A DNA stretch of 62,640 nucleotides, filler included, from Basidiobolus ranarum (lineage: Eukaryota): NCBI GenBank assembly GCA_040143965.1. It is 13 parts of 13 records of this genome, joined end to end, with 100 filler letters (N's around TTAATTAATTAA, not from the genome) between each part and the next. Parts side by side here need not be neighbours in the genome. Positions count along the whole stretch, not along the records: positions 33,849 to 38,570 come from JASJQH010008725.1; positions 38,671 to 43,392 come from JASJQH010008726.1; positions 43,493 to 48,207 come from JASJQH010008727.1; positions 48,308 to 53,020 come from JASJQH010008728.1; 9 more parts are not named here. The stretch is one strand, 5' to 3'. The notes beneath the pieces were generated by a model, which saw nothing but the letters and a program-made list of their open reading frames with translations, was not told the origin of the DNA and made no database searches. Positions 37,210-50,751 of this stretch are shown here, piece after piece (the first letter of the stretch is position 1; every line of letters starts with the position of its first letter). A program made the position numbers and the translations under genes.

Positions 37210-37839
37210 TTTACTCTACTTTGTACAAATACAACTACGTAGTAATACAATTAGTATATCCGTGAAAGGTCCAAGTTTGGTCAGTGATGTTGAGGACAAT
37301 AGACTTGAGAGTAGAAAATTACAACTTATCTGTAGTGTACATTGAGCAACTTTTATACGTTGCTAAGCCTCAAATTAAAGTTACGTGTAGAGGACTGTCA
37401 ACCACCTAAAACCAGTGACATAGGACTTGGATTTACTTGAATCATCCAATCAATTTCTGACAACGTCTCCAAAAAATACTATTTACAATGAACAGAGTCA
37501 ACGAAAGATCGCCTTGTCTTTTCTTAATTGGGAAAGTATATTTGGAGACAGCTGATTTGCCAAAATAAAGCAAGGGGAAAAGCAAACGTGTGATAGAACT
37601 GTGAAATACAAAACCAGCCAATCATTCATGAAATTAAATATCGAAATTGATGTTACCATGGTATTATCCAAAATACGATCTCTGCAAGGAGAAATTTTCT
37701 TGGGATATTTAGCTAGACATTCATACAGACAGACAAAACAATTGAAACAACACTAAGATACGTTATTTGAATATATTAGCAAATGTAAATTGCTTTTGCA
37801 GATGCTTTTATTAAAGACTCAATAAAAAAGTTTTTTCGT

Positions 37840-38570
37840 TTAATCGAAAAGACCGAAGCCCATATCGTCATCAGACTCTTCAGCAGCTTCTTCGGCCTTC
37901 TCGGCGGCAGCGGGAGCATCACTACCGGAAGCGGCAGCAACGGGGGCAGCAACAGCGAAAGCAGAAGGATCAGCGAGGTAAGCCTTGACCTATAGATTGA
38001 ATCACGTTAGTTGAAAAGAAATTTAGATGACCAGTATATGACAAGTGGTTTGTTTTCAGGAAAAAATTAGAGTGTTAGATTTTGATAACATCAATGCATA
38101 AATGCTCAAAATAATCTTTTTCATCATTGAAAAACCACTTGTCAATCGATATTTGAAAAAAATACGTACCTTCTCGGCAGCCTCGAAAGTATAATCGGTG
38201 GCAACGGAGATGGCCAAAACGTTCTTGTAGTTGTTGATGAGAACGTGGGGAACGGAAGCCAAAGTAGGGAATCCAATTTGGAGAGACAAGGCAGCAACAT
38301 TTTGGACACCGGTGAGGAAGTGCTCAAGGAGAACATCATCGGTAATATCCAAAACTTCGCTGGAGAAGCAGTTACCTTGGTCATAAACTTGAATAACCTC
38401 CATACCGTAAGTGAAAGGAGAGATGTTCAACATGTTAAGAAGGGTGGCTTCGGAAGGACCGACCTTGAAACCGTTCTTAATCAAATGGACATCATTGATG
38501 ATTTCAATGGTACCACGGGTAATCTTGGTGGGGACACCAAGAGCCTGGAAGAAAGAGGTCTTACCGGGCT
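37840..38570 (-). CDS. RPP0: 60S acidic ribosomal protein P0 (uL10), 5'-truncated; intron 38169-37990
   Basis: [42 protein letters not shown]-terminal [13 protein letters not shown]. Confidence 0.97.
38039..38144 (-). ncRNA. Intronic box C/D snoRNA with an 18S rRNA guide
   Basis: Box C ATGATGA (38127-38121), box D CTGA (38059-38056), perfect 13-bp flanking stem TGACAAGTGGTTT/AAACCACTTGTCA, and a 17-nt antisense to the conserved 18S segment GAAAAAATTAGAGTGTT abutting box D. Confidence 0.9.
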
Positions 38571-38670
38571 NNNNNNNNNNNNNNNNNNNNNNNNNNNNNN
38601 NNNNNNNNNNNNNNTTAATTAATTAANNNNNNNNNNNNNNNNNNNNNNNNNNNNNNNNNNNNNNNNNNNN

Positions 38671-39013
38671 CTTGTATTTTTTGATTCTCATTATGGCTGG
38701 AATACAAAGCCTAAAATATCTAAATAAAGGCATGCATATTAATTCAAATTCCTACAGCAGTAAACCCAGTAATTTGCCATTCAAAAATTATATTTTTGCA
38801 AAAATTGCTGGATATTGAATAACGCATGCCAAATTTGAGGATCAATATTTTAATATGTATGAATACTGCTAAGATACCATCAAGAAACCACTGTCACATC
38901 ATCAAAATCCCTGGCAGAATGCAAGCCAACAATATTGTGACAGTTCTCTGACGGTTTTGCTATTTTGGAGGGTGGATCCAATCCGGATCAAATTGATTTT
39001 ATTTTTGTTAGGG
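38671..39013 (+). mobile_element. CMC end A, inserted into a copia C LTR
   Basis: Homologous to 19490-19802; ends ATTTTTGTTAGGG. Confidence 0.82.
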
Positions 39014-39559
39014 GTATATGTTCCAATATACAGTTAAGTGATATTTGACTAAGTAATCTTAACTTACTTAAATGTGATATATGAAATAGTTAGGTGTATA
39101 AAGATAGAGATAACAAATATGATAAATACAATAAGCTTCAGCACTCCTACTCAACTGTATATACATATATCTTAATCCTAACTTAAATCTTAATTGTCCA
39201 AATTTTGGCTTGAGTAATGGTTTGGTAAGGATGTCAGCAATCATGTCCCCAATTGGACAGTACTCTAATTGGACATGCTTATTCTTGATAGATACCCTAA
39301 CAAAATGATGTTGAATATCAATTTGCTTTCTCTAGCATGAAATTTGGGATCTTAGCTGAAGAAATTCAACTGTGATTATCCTTGATACTTAAGATGAGTG
39401 AGCTTTGAGAAATGCCCAAGTCTTAGAAGAGTTTCCTTAACCACATAGCCTCCTTTGTTGTATGTGATGCTGCCATGTACTCTGCTTCAGTTGTTGAAAG
39501 TGCTAAGGTGGGTTGTTTCTTGCTATTCCAAGATATGGCTGCTTCACTATAGAGAAAGG

Positions 39560-39906
39560 TGTTGAAATTAGCTTTGCCTAAGCACCTATAAAGTCATATA
39601 TAGCTTAGTACCTATCTGTCCTATGATTCACCAAGATATTATCCATTATTCTCAATTGAAATTTACTTACAACATTGCTATCAACTTGGAAGTTCTCAGA
39701 TATGTAGATTTTTCAAACTTGTGCTAGAAGTCCCAAATGTTGCACATACGTTCCAGGGACCTTCTTTAACACATTCTACACAATAGATTGCCTACATCTT
39801 GACAAAACTATAGATGTCAACTTTCCACTCAAAAAATCAATAAGTGAAAACCACCAAATCCTTAATTCTCCAAACCACTTACAACAGGCTCCGAAATACT
39901 TTTACA
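39560..39906 (+). mobile_element. Copia family A solo LTR (347 bp) nested in copia C pol
   Basis: AAAGG-TGTTG...TTACA-AAAGG, a perfect 5-bp TSD. Confidence 0.95.
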
Positions 39907-41235
39907 AAAGGTATATTCAGTGATAGATCTTTTGTCCTCAATGGCACATCCCCAATATGCATCACTAAGCTCAATTAGATCCTTATTCTCATAAGAATAT
40001 GTGTATCTTAGTCACAGATCAATTGTCATCTTCAAATAGCTGAAAAACCACTTAACTGCTTCATAATGCTCAGATCCTGGGTTTTGCACAAGGAGGCTAA
40101 CAACTCCCACTGCAAAAGAAATATCTGTCCAGGTTCCAGTCATGGCATAGGTTAAACTACCAATCATAGATTGATAAGGGAACTCCAGGATTTGAAATGA
40201 CATGTTATGGACAATACTTGTCCAATTTTCATCATTTTTGATAGGATCTTTGACTGGTTTCATACCTGGATCCATGGGAGTTGCTACTGGCTTACAATTA
40301 TCCATATTGTAATGTCTGAGAATATCTGAGATATATTTAGACAGATTCAGAATAATAGATATGCTCAATTTATTGATATGGATCTGCAGGCGCAAAAAAT
40401 AGAAAAGTTAACCTAAATCAATCATCTTGAATTAGACTGATAGATCTATTTGGGTATTCCTGAGAGCTTCATCATTACTGGTAGCTATGAACAGAGAATC
40501 TACATATCAGGCAAGTATCACCTTACTGTTCTTATCTGTCTTAAAGTAGATCCCAAAATCCGCTGTACTCTTTTGGAAATCCGGTGATTACAAGTATGTG
40601 TCTATCCTAGTGTACCAGGCCTTGGGTGATTGTTTAAGTGCATAAAGTGATTTTTGTAACTTATACATATCCTTGGGATGCTCAGATTCTACAATACCAT
40701 CTGGTTTATCCATGTGTATATCCTATTGCAAGTCCCCATTCAAAAAAGCAGTTTTAACATCCATTTGATGGATGTTTAAGCTGTGTTTTGCTGCTACTGC
40801 TAGTATGGTTCTGATTGAATTGAACTTTGCTACAGGAGCAAATGTTTCATTGTAGTCCACTCTTTCCATTTGAGACTATCCTTTAGCCACAAGTCTGGCT
40901 TTACATCTTTCTACAGATCCATCAGCTTGCTGTTTAACTTTAAACACCCATTTCCATCCAATTGATTTTTGGTCAACAGGTAGCTTAACCAAAGTGCAAG
41001 CTTGGGTATCTATGAGTGACTGATACTCCTCTGCCATTGCAGCACTCCAAAACTTTGTGTAGGGACCCTCCATAGCCTCTTGTACCAATTTAGGCTCATT
41101 AGAAAAGGCTAAATTAACACCAGGCTCCTTTTGGCTAGTGTGAGAGTAGTAATCAGGCAGAGATCTCATTTGATTGAATCTCTTAAGATGGAAAACTGGC
41201 ACTACAACTTCTGGTACCAATTTAGGCAATGAAAT

Positions 41236-41462
41236 TGTTGAGTTTTATTGTCTTTATCATATTTGTTATCTGTATCTTTATACACCTAACTGCTTCATAG
41301 ATCACATATAAGTTAGTTAACATTACTCAGTCAAATAGCACTTAACTGAAAATCAGAACATATATTATATATATATGTGCATAATGTGAGAATTAGCAAT
41401 TCCATAATGGGAACTTCAAACTTGTCCAAATTGCCCCAAAGATAGCACATTTTACTCCAACA
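41236..41462 (+). mobile_element. Copia family C LTR in the opposite orientation inside the copia C relic
   Basis: TGTTG...CCAACA termini; the first ~125 bp are homologous to the reverse complement of 39016-39143. The TSD is not convincing. Confidence 0.65.
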
Positions 41463-42042
41463 GACGTTCTCAACACAACCCCAGTGTTAGTTTTCTGTAT
41501 TTCCATCAAAATGTGTAAATGCTTTATTTCTGGACAATAAATAATTATCTTACAAAGCTATTCACAACTCCACTTTTCTAAAGTTTTTCCAAACAGCCCA
41601 TATTTTCCCAATAGAAACCACCTCAGGATTGGTTGAGAAGACTGCAGGTGAGGAATTTTCAATGTTTTTCTCACATATCAGGATCTGGTGGCATAAAGAA
41701 AAATTTTCATGATTATTGGTTGTTTTTCTTGATCCTGGATTATTTTATTGAAATTTTTTCTTCTTCAGAAAATTCCACTTGATTAGCCACCTATTTGCAG
41801 TGTCATATAGTCTGTACCCTTTTGTTCCATCACAATAACCCAAAAAAAGACATTTCTAACTTTTTTAGTTTAATTTTGATCTCTTCTGGTCTGGAATCAT
41901 TGCATAGGTGGTACTTCCAAAATTCTGAGATTAGCCACATCAGGCTTACTTCCAAACCAAGCTTGATAAGGTGTCATAGGTAATAGAGACCTAGAAGGAC
42001 ATCTATTCCCTATATATCTTGAAATTATTTAGAGAGAAATAT

Positions 42043-42115
42043 TGGTCTGGCCAAGATTTGAACCTGGGACCTTCTTCACTCCAGCAAGGTGCTCTAACCA
42101 CTGAGCTATCAGTCC
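42043..42115 (-). pseudogene. tRNA-like 73-mer (tRNA pseudogene or SINE head)
   Basis: GGACTGA-TA-GCTCAGTGGTTAGAGC-A-CCTTG-CTGGAGT-GAAGA-AGGTC-CCAGG-TTCAAAT-CTTGG-CCAGACC-A. A and B boxes are present; acceptor and anticodon stems are mismatched. Confidence 0.75.
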
Positions 42116-42170
42116 TTGTATGCTATGCCTATGATGCTAGAGAACCTTAACCTAGTCTGTCCAAGCATGA

Positions 42171-42392
42171 ACTCAGTTTACTTCCAAATTTTGCAATAGT
42201 CTTCTCCCAACCTTGGGTATCTAAGCCAATTTCTCCACTGTCTTCCATCCCCAATCTGATGACCAAACAGAAAGAGTCAATCAAGTTTTGGAACAATATT
42301 TACAATGCACTATCAACTATAATTGGGGTATTTGGACACAGCTCTTGCTCTTACTGAATTTACTTTCAACAACTCTTATCATGCCTCAACAA
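42171..42392 (+). mobile_element. Ty3/gypsy integrase fragment
   Basis: Manual translation TQFTSKF...LGI*ANFSTVFHPQSDDQTERVNQVLEQYLQC.INY....W.......EF.FNNS.HAST. Confidence 0.85.
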
Positions 42393-43392
42393 ACCTAACA
42401 GAAAGTTAAGGATTATTACTGTAGGATAACTGTAACAATTTTAATCCTTTTGGCATTGACAATTCACTTACCATGATAAAATTGTGAAGTTAGATTTGAC
42501 TTTAATCTATTTTTTCAGTTTCACGAGTGAAATTCTAAGATCTTGCAAAATAGTTGCACATGATTGACCACACTCACAGAGAACTATGGATCAACACATG
42601 TGCAAAAAATCTAACTCAAATATTACACATATACCACTTGAATGCTAATTTGTCACCTTCAAAATCCCTAGTTTCTTTGATATATTCTCCTGAATATTCT
42701 TATAGAGTTCTTCATACCTAAGGTTAAGCTCATATCCAACACAAGTTTGTTTCAATATCTCCATCAAAGCCTGCCATTGTATTAACATGGCTGAATCAAC
42801 ATTCTTTCAACTATTTGGTGGATACCATGGAATATTGTGCCACCCTGTTTTAAGTTCTTCCCAGATATCTGCATTGTCAACACCAGATTGAATGTCAAGT
42901 TGAATGTTGTTCTTCTGGAGCCACTTTCTGCATACTTGCACTGCAGTTATCCCTTTGTACTTTTGAAAATACTCCTCATGCACTTTGACTATTTTTGTAC
43001 ATCCTTGTAGTGTGACACTGCTGAAGGTGCTTTGTGGTGTTTGTGCAGCTTTTTGCTTCCCTTTAAGTTTGAGCTAATTCCAACACATTGGAAAGTACCA
43101 GTTGAGGTTGGAGAGCCAGGAGTTTTCTTTCCTGGTGTTTTGGCTTGCTGAGAGATGCCAGGTTTTAGATAAACTTCCATGTTTAGCACTCTTCCAGCTG
43201 GTGTACCTGGTTCCATGATGAAATTAAGCTTTTTTGCCAGTATATCTGACTCTGGAAATGTATATCATTGTAATGGTGTGGAGAATATGGTAAGTGGGAC
43301 AGTAGAGCCTAAACTCACTGGCTCCTTTGCTTTTCCCTTTGGTTTACTAACTTCCTGCTCCTTGAGTACTTCTTTAGCCACTTTTCTTTTAC
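42393..43392 (-). mobile_element. CMC ORF2 3' part and end B (inverted)
   Basis: Starts (A)CCTAACAGAAAG; reverse complement of 53121-54112. Confidence 0.82.
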
Positions 43393-43518
43393 NNNNNNNN
43401 NNNNNNNNNNNNNNNNNNNNNNNNNNNNNNNNNNNNTTAATTAATTAANNNNNNNNNNNNNNNNNNNNNNNNNNNNNNNNNNNNNNNNNNNNCAAACACT
43501 GAAATCGGTTTACTATAG

Positions 43519-44480
43519 AACTTCGTGAGCTTGTCTCTTTACACGAAAGCACTCAAGGTGGTTCATTAACTCACGATGAGGTAACCATCATTCAGGGAGC
43601 CTTGGATCTCAGTGGTAAGACCGTCAAAGAGGTGATGACTCCTATGAAATTCGTTTTCTCCATTAGTTTCGAATCCAAGTTGGATCGCAAGACTATGACT
43701 GACATCCTCCGAGCTGGACACAGCAGAGTTCCAATCTACAAAGGAAGTGAGAACAATATCGTTGGTGTACTACTAGTAAAGGTACCTAGTGTGACTAATA
43801 ATAATCTCACACCAACAAATCTTTATGAATTTCTCTACTTTTAGAATTTGATCTTACTTAATCCCGATGATGCTGTTCCTATAAGCGAAGTGAAAATTTA
43901 CGACAGCCCTAAAGTTAGTCACGAGGATTCGTTGTTCGATTTGCTGAACAGGTTCCAAGAAGGAGGAAGTAAGACCATATATTGCTGATTTACATTTGAT
44001 TGAGTGTCCTCTAGTACTAATCACCTCTTGATGATCCTCAAAGGTCATATGGCGCAAGTGATTGATCCAAGCAACCCCTCCAGCCCAATCGGAATTATCA
44101 CCCTGGAAGATGTATTGGAAGAAATTATTCAAGAAGAAATTGTTGACGAAACCGACGTTTTTGTTGATGTTGCCAAGAAAGTCCGAGTTATTCGCGCTAT
44201 GAACCCGCGTATGCGTCGTCGCTCCACCCTAGGAGATGTACATGGTGTGCCTAATAATGTAGCTCCAAATCAGAAATCCGATCAGTTGATTCCTCCAGTG
44301 GAAAACAAAAAATGGCCAAAAGGATTATCATTCAGCTCGAATCGTAATGACGTCCCTGAACATCTCAAATACAAGCATCCAGGTCTTACGAGATCCAACT
44401 CTAGTGATGGTTGTGAAGAACATAGAGAAAACTCGGAGCGACCAAATGAGAGAACGGCGCTCTTAGGCACATCAGTCTAA
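43519..44480 (+). CDS. CNNM/Mam3-like CBS-pair protein, 3' exons (about 43519-43781, 43845-43968, 44044-44480); 5' end missing
   Basis: ELRELVSLH...GGSLTHDEVTIIQGALDL..KTVKEVMTPM, GHSRVPIY, LLNRFQEGG.HMA.V, GIITLEDVLEEIIQEEIVDETD. Confidence 0.9.
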
Positions 44481-45542
44481 TCTACACCGTGTTGTGATGT
44501 AGACTCAATTATGCACGCAACATCCTATTGTCTTTACGGATTATTAATAGGTGACTCTACATACACCCCAACTCCTCCACCAATCCCATATACTTATAAT
44601 TAACAATGTATCTCCATATGTTTGAAGATGCACTCTTAAATGATAAATTTATGCCTGAACAATGACAGACGATATTCTCGGTCTAACTCTACAACTCGAC
44701 TTCATAGTTTTGTTTCTGCTTCACCACCGTATGCAATTTTAGTGATATTTGTAGCTAAGTGCATCAGTGTCAACCACCTGTGTGTGTGTTAAGCTAAAGA
44801 AAGGACCAAAGTAAGACTGTGCAGAGACACTAAATTTAATCACTAATTACTCACATTTGAAACGGTAATGATGTATATTGCATCTTGTTGAACTTATCAA
44901 CACATTTCTTAGCGGTATTTTCAGGAACATAAGTCAAATATTGAAAACATTAGATTCTAGAATTAAACTCTCGTGCGGACGTCATTAAGTTTACAAAGTC
45001 AGAAGTCAGATAGTAGTGAATGTGGCAGCAATCTCTATGTTTAACATAGACCTTATCACATCGGTAATGTTCTAACTAAAGTTGGAATTTAAAAAAAAAA
45101 AAGTTTCTGTAACATCAGATAAGCACACTACCGTGATCTTGGATAAGCGAACTAATCTTCTTGCGTCTTATCTTTGAGTTCTTGTTATTGCTTTAGCCGT
45201 TTGAATCGTGCGTGTATGTAAGCAATAACAATAAACACTATTCTAGTTTAAAGGTATATTATCCATTGATTGTGATTTTCCTCAGGTTCCAGGCCAAATA
45301 TTATCTCCACATAAAACTCTAAACATTTTACGTTTTTTTTGCTTCATTTGGATCCATTTAGCATGATTGATTACCAATCTTCATTAGCTTACTTATCAGA
45401 CGATGACAATTAAAATCATATGACGTGAATATTATCTGAATGCATAATTCTTTGTCAACCAGGGAATCATTAAAAATACCTACTATAAATAATGGAAAAT
45501 CATAAACGATAACTCGAGTCCTCTCTTTTGTCAGTTAGCATC

Positions 45543-46288
45543 ATGTCTTCACTGCGTCTCGGTAGCACCGCACCTGGTAAGCCTTCTTGATAATAAGAGA
45601 ATAATATAATAAAGAACCAACAAACAAGTTACTTACTTGAAATATCTTCAAAATAATAGATTTTCAGGCTGATACCACCAACGGTCCCATCAACTTCCAC
45701 GAATGGATTGGCGATTCTTGGGCAATTCTATTTTCCCATCCGGCCGACTTCACCCCTGTCTGTACAACAGAATTAGGTGAAGTAGCGAAACTATCAGAAG
45801 AATTCCAGAAACGTAATGTCAAAGCGATCGGACTCTCTACCAACGAGCTAAAGGATCACGACCAATGGGTTTCGGATATTAACGAAGTAACCAACGTAGA
45901 CTTACGCTTCCCAATCATCGCTGATGTGGATCGTAAAGTGTCTATACTATACGATATGTTGGACTCCGAAGAGCATGATCCAACTAACGTTCTTGATGGA
46001 ATCCCATTTACCATTCGTAGCGTTTATATCATCGACCCAAAAAAGAAAATTCGCCTCACTATTACCTATCCAGCTAGCTGTGGTCGTAACTTTGATGAGA
46101 TCCTTAGAGTCGTAGACTCACTCCAACTCACTGACCGTAACAAGGTAGTTACGCCAGCTAACTGGACTCCTGGGCAAGAAGTTATTGTTCACAATAGTGT
46201 TACAAATGAACAAGCAGAGAAGGAGTTCCCAGGTTATAAAGAGGTTAGACCTTACTTGCGCTTCACAACACTCCCTAAAGACTCATAA
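45543..46288 (+). CDS. PRX1: 1-Cys peroxiredoxin (Prx6 class), intron 45577-45659
   Basis: LRLGSTAPDF, LFSHPADFTPVCTTELG, YPASCGRNFDEILRVVDSLQL. Confidence 0.95.
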
Positions 46289-46685
46289 AGCCGCTGGGCT
46301 CTTCATTCCTTTTGTGGGTGTCAAATACCATTTACTTAATCATAACTTGCAAATATTCGGATTTTTTTGAAGATTGTTTCCCCAATAGCAATAATATTAA
46401 GTGGTTAACATGCCCTTCTAATAAAATAATATGCAAATTTATTCCAAAACAATGCTGGAAATCTTCCATATCTTCTCATTTACACCGACATGTCAATCCT
46501 ACATTCAATTCAGTTGATTACCCTATATACTAACCTGTGGATACTTATATATCTTCCTCCTATCATATTCCTAAATGGCATTGACATTTGATTGTAAATC
46601 ATTCAGATTTCTAATGCCTAATTCAACTCCTATGCGAAAATTATTTCAAGGTGCACATGATTTTATATTTTTGATTTACATTGAA

Positions 46686-47348
46686 TTAAGCGTCGGCTGG
46701 TAAAGAAGCGTAACGAAGATAGGGCTTGACCTCTCTAAAACCGGGGAACTGCTTCTCTGCTTCCTCGTTGCTAGTATCAGTATGAACAATCACATCCTCA
46801 CCTGGCATCCAGTTCGCTGGAGTCACGATCTTCTTTTTATCACTTAGCTGAAGTGAATCGATGACCCGAAGAATCTCGTCAAAGTTACGTCCACAGCTAG
46901 CCGGGTACACGATAGTCAAGCGAATCTTCTTCAGAGGATCAATAATGAATACGCTACGGACGGTGAACGGAATGCCATTAACTACATTGGTGGCATCGTG
47001 CTCTTCCGAGTCCAACATATCGTATAGTATAGATACCTTACGATCAAAATCAGCAATTATGGGGAACTGAAGGTTTACGTTACTAATCTCATTGATATCT
47101 TCGATCCATTTCTCATGATCGTACAAGTCATTAGTGGATAGACCAATGGCCTTCACACCGCGCTTCTCGAACTCTTGGGAAAGTTTAGCAACCTCGCCTA
47201 GCTCGGTGGTGCAGACAGGAGTAAAATCAGCTGGATGTGAGAACAACACCGCCCAAGAATCCCCAATCCAGTTATGGAAAGAGATAGGGCCTTTGGTTGT
47301 CTTGGCTTCGAAGTCAGGGGCAGTGCTACCAAGACGAAGAGCGGACAT
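46686..47348 (-). CDS. PRX1: 1-Cys peroxiredoxin, intronless convergent paralog
   Basis: Uninterrupted 220-aa ORF with the same motifs. Confidence 0.95.
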   Translation of the reverse strand: MSALRLGSTAPDFEAKTTKGPISFHNWIGDSWAVLFSHPADFTPVCTTELGEVAKLSQEFEKRGVKAIGLSTNDLYDHEKWIEDINEISNVNLQFPIIADFDRKVSILYDMLDSEEHDATNVVNGIPFTVRSVFIIDPLKKIRLTIVYPASCGRNFDEILRVIDSLQLSDKKKIVTPANWMPGEDVIVHTDTSNEEAEKQFPGFREVKPYLRYASLPADA

Positions 47349-48819
47349 AATATTATTAGACTTTGCGGCGGTATCTAGAGGATGAAGAGAATCGCTACAC
47401 TACAAATTGAGGTTCCAAGGATGTGATTGTCAACTATTTATATAATTGTGGGCTGAGTTGATTTCGTGCAAGTGAAAAGCAAACATCAAACTACTGCACT
47501 TTTGTCAGACCTAATCCACTTTCCATTCGAATGAACTCCATTCAGGTTTTAAAAAAATGATCGACACTTTTCCTTCCAAACCCAATCAGCATCGGCCAAA
47601 TCCACCAAGTCTGGTTAGATCGGGTCGGGTCATAACAAGTACAGCTTGGACACCCTTTGGGTAACCAAATGTTAGCTTCTTGAAGTTACTCTAACTCTAC
47701 GTGAGACGTCCATTTGCACTCATTAGCACAGACAAAGTATATGTAATGGATTTGGGTATTTTCACCATTAACGTTGATTTGCAATCCGGAGATAAATGTT
47801 ACCTGTTTATTGTGGGGAGCTTTAATCTAGGAAGGTCTAATTTATGTAAAGCAGCTCAAATAGTACATCACGTTACACCAGGAAGCGATTAGCCAGGCTC
47901 TCGATTGTTTGAGTTCTCCATCTCATTGACGTTAATGGTTTATTATAGATTGCGGATCTTATTAGCAGACCTTTCATCGACATGCTAATACTCTATATTT
48001 GACATAGAACCCTCTGTAACAAGCACACCTCTCGTCATTTACATGGGAAACAAAAGCGCCTGCCATCGCCAAGAGGCTCATATAATATGAGGATGATTAC
48101 AATTAGTATGGAAGCAAATGCCACACACGCAGTCTAACTAGGTAAATAAAACTCACGCAGCAAGTCTGGAAGTGCCGAATAGGAAGACAATAACTCGCAA
48201 GACACGANNNNNNNNNNNNNNNNNNNNNNNNNNNNNNNNNNNNNNNNNNNNTTAATTAATTAANNNNNNNNNNNNNNNNNNNNNNNNNNNNNNNNNNNNN
48301 NNNNNNNCAAGAAACTAACAACCATAAAGGTACAGCAATTCGTTGATTGTGCAATACGCACCAATCCTTGCGATGGCTTGCATGGCACACAAACTACCGA
48401 GAGCCACGTAACGCAGAGCTTGGAATAGTATAGCTACTTTTTTAGTGTGTTAATCATGAAAACCGGAAGAGACTTTAGCGACTACTACCCTGCAGCTCTG
48501 GATGGGAAGTACTGCTTATGTTGAAGAAAACGCAAGAGAACTGCAAGTGTCCATCATCATGGCTTGCACGAGATAGGCAAGATCTTCTGTCTGATACGCT
48601 CTTATCCAGCTTTTATTGTTCTGGGATATAAATAATCAGAATACAAAATGAACCAATTTAAATGTGGACTATTATTGGAGTGTTCATGGGGAAATGGATT
48701 ATTTCAATGAAACCGACGAAAAGGAGATAAATTGAGTAAAAGCAGAAGCTTTAAAGAATATAGATCTTGTTACAATTATCAAAGCCAGATATGGCTGCTT
48801 GTCATGCTCCAAGATGCTC

Positions 48820-50751
<1,932 letters not shown>

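Larger units (their letters stand above)
39014..42018 (-). mobile_element. Ty1/copia family C relic: integrase tail, RT, RNase H, PPT and truncated 3' LTR (39014-39143)
   Basis: TPYQAWFGSKPDV, KWVFKVK...[64 protein letters not shown]; purine tract GAGTAGGAG before TGCTGAAG. Confidence 0.9.

Noticed and set aside
37381-37470. UPRE/ERSE-like TACGTG and CCAAT upstream of BiP
   Set aside because: Motifs too short and spacing does not fit the ERSE consensus; cannot be supported from sequence alone.
48308-48430. Possible last exon of a plus-strand gene (CTAAC...AAG then VQQFVDCAIRTNPC...)
   Set aside because: Too short and unrecognisable; the rest would be off-contig.
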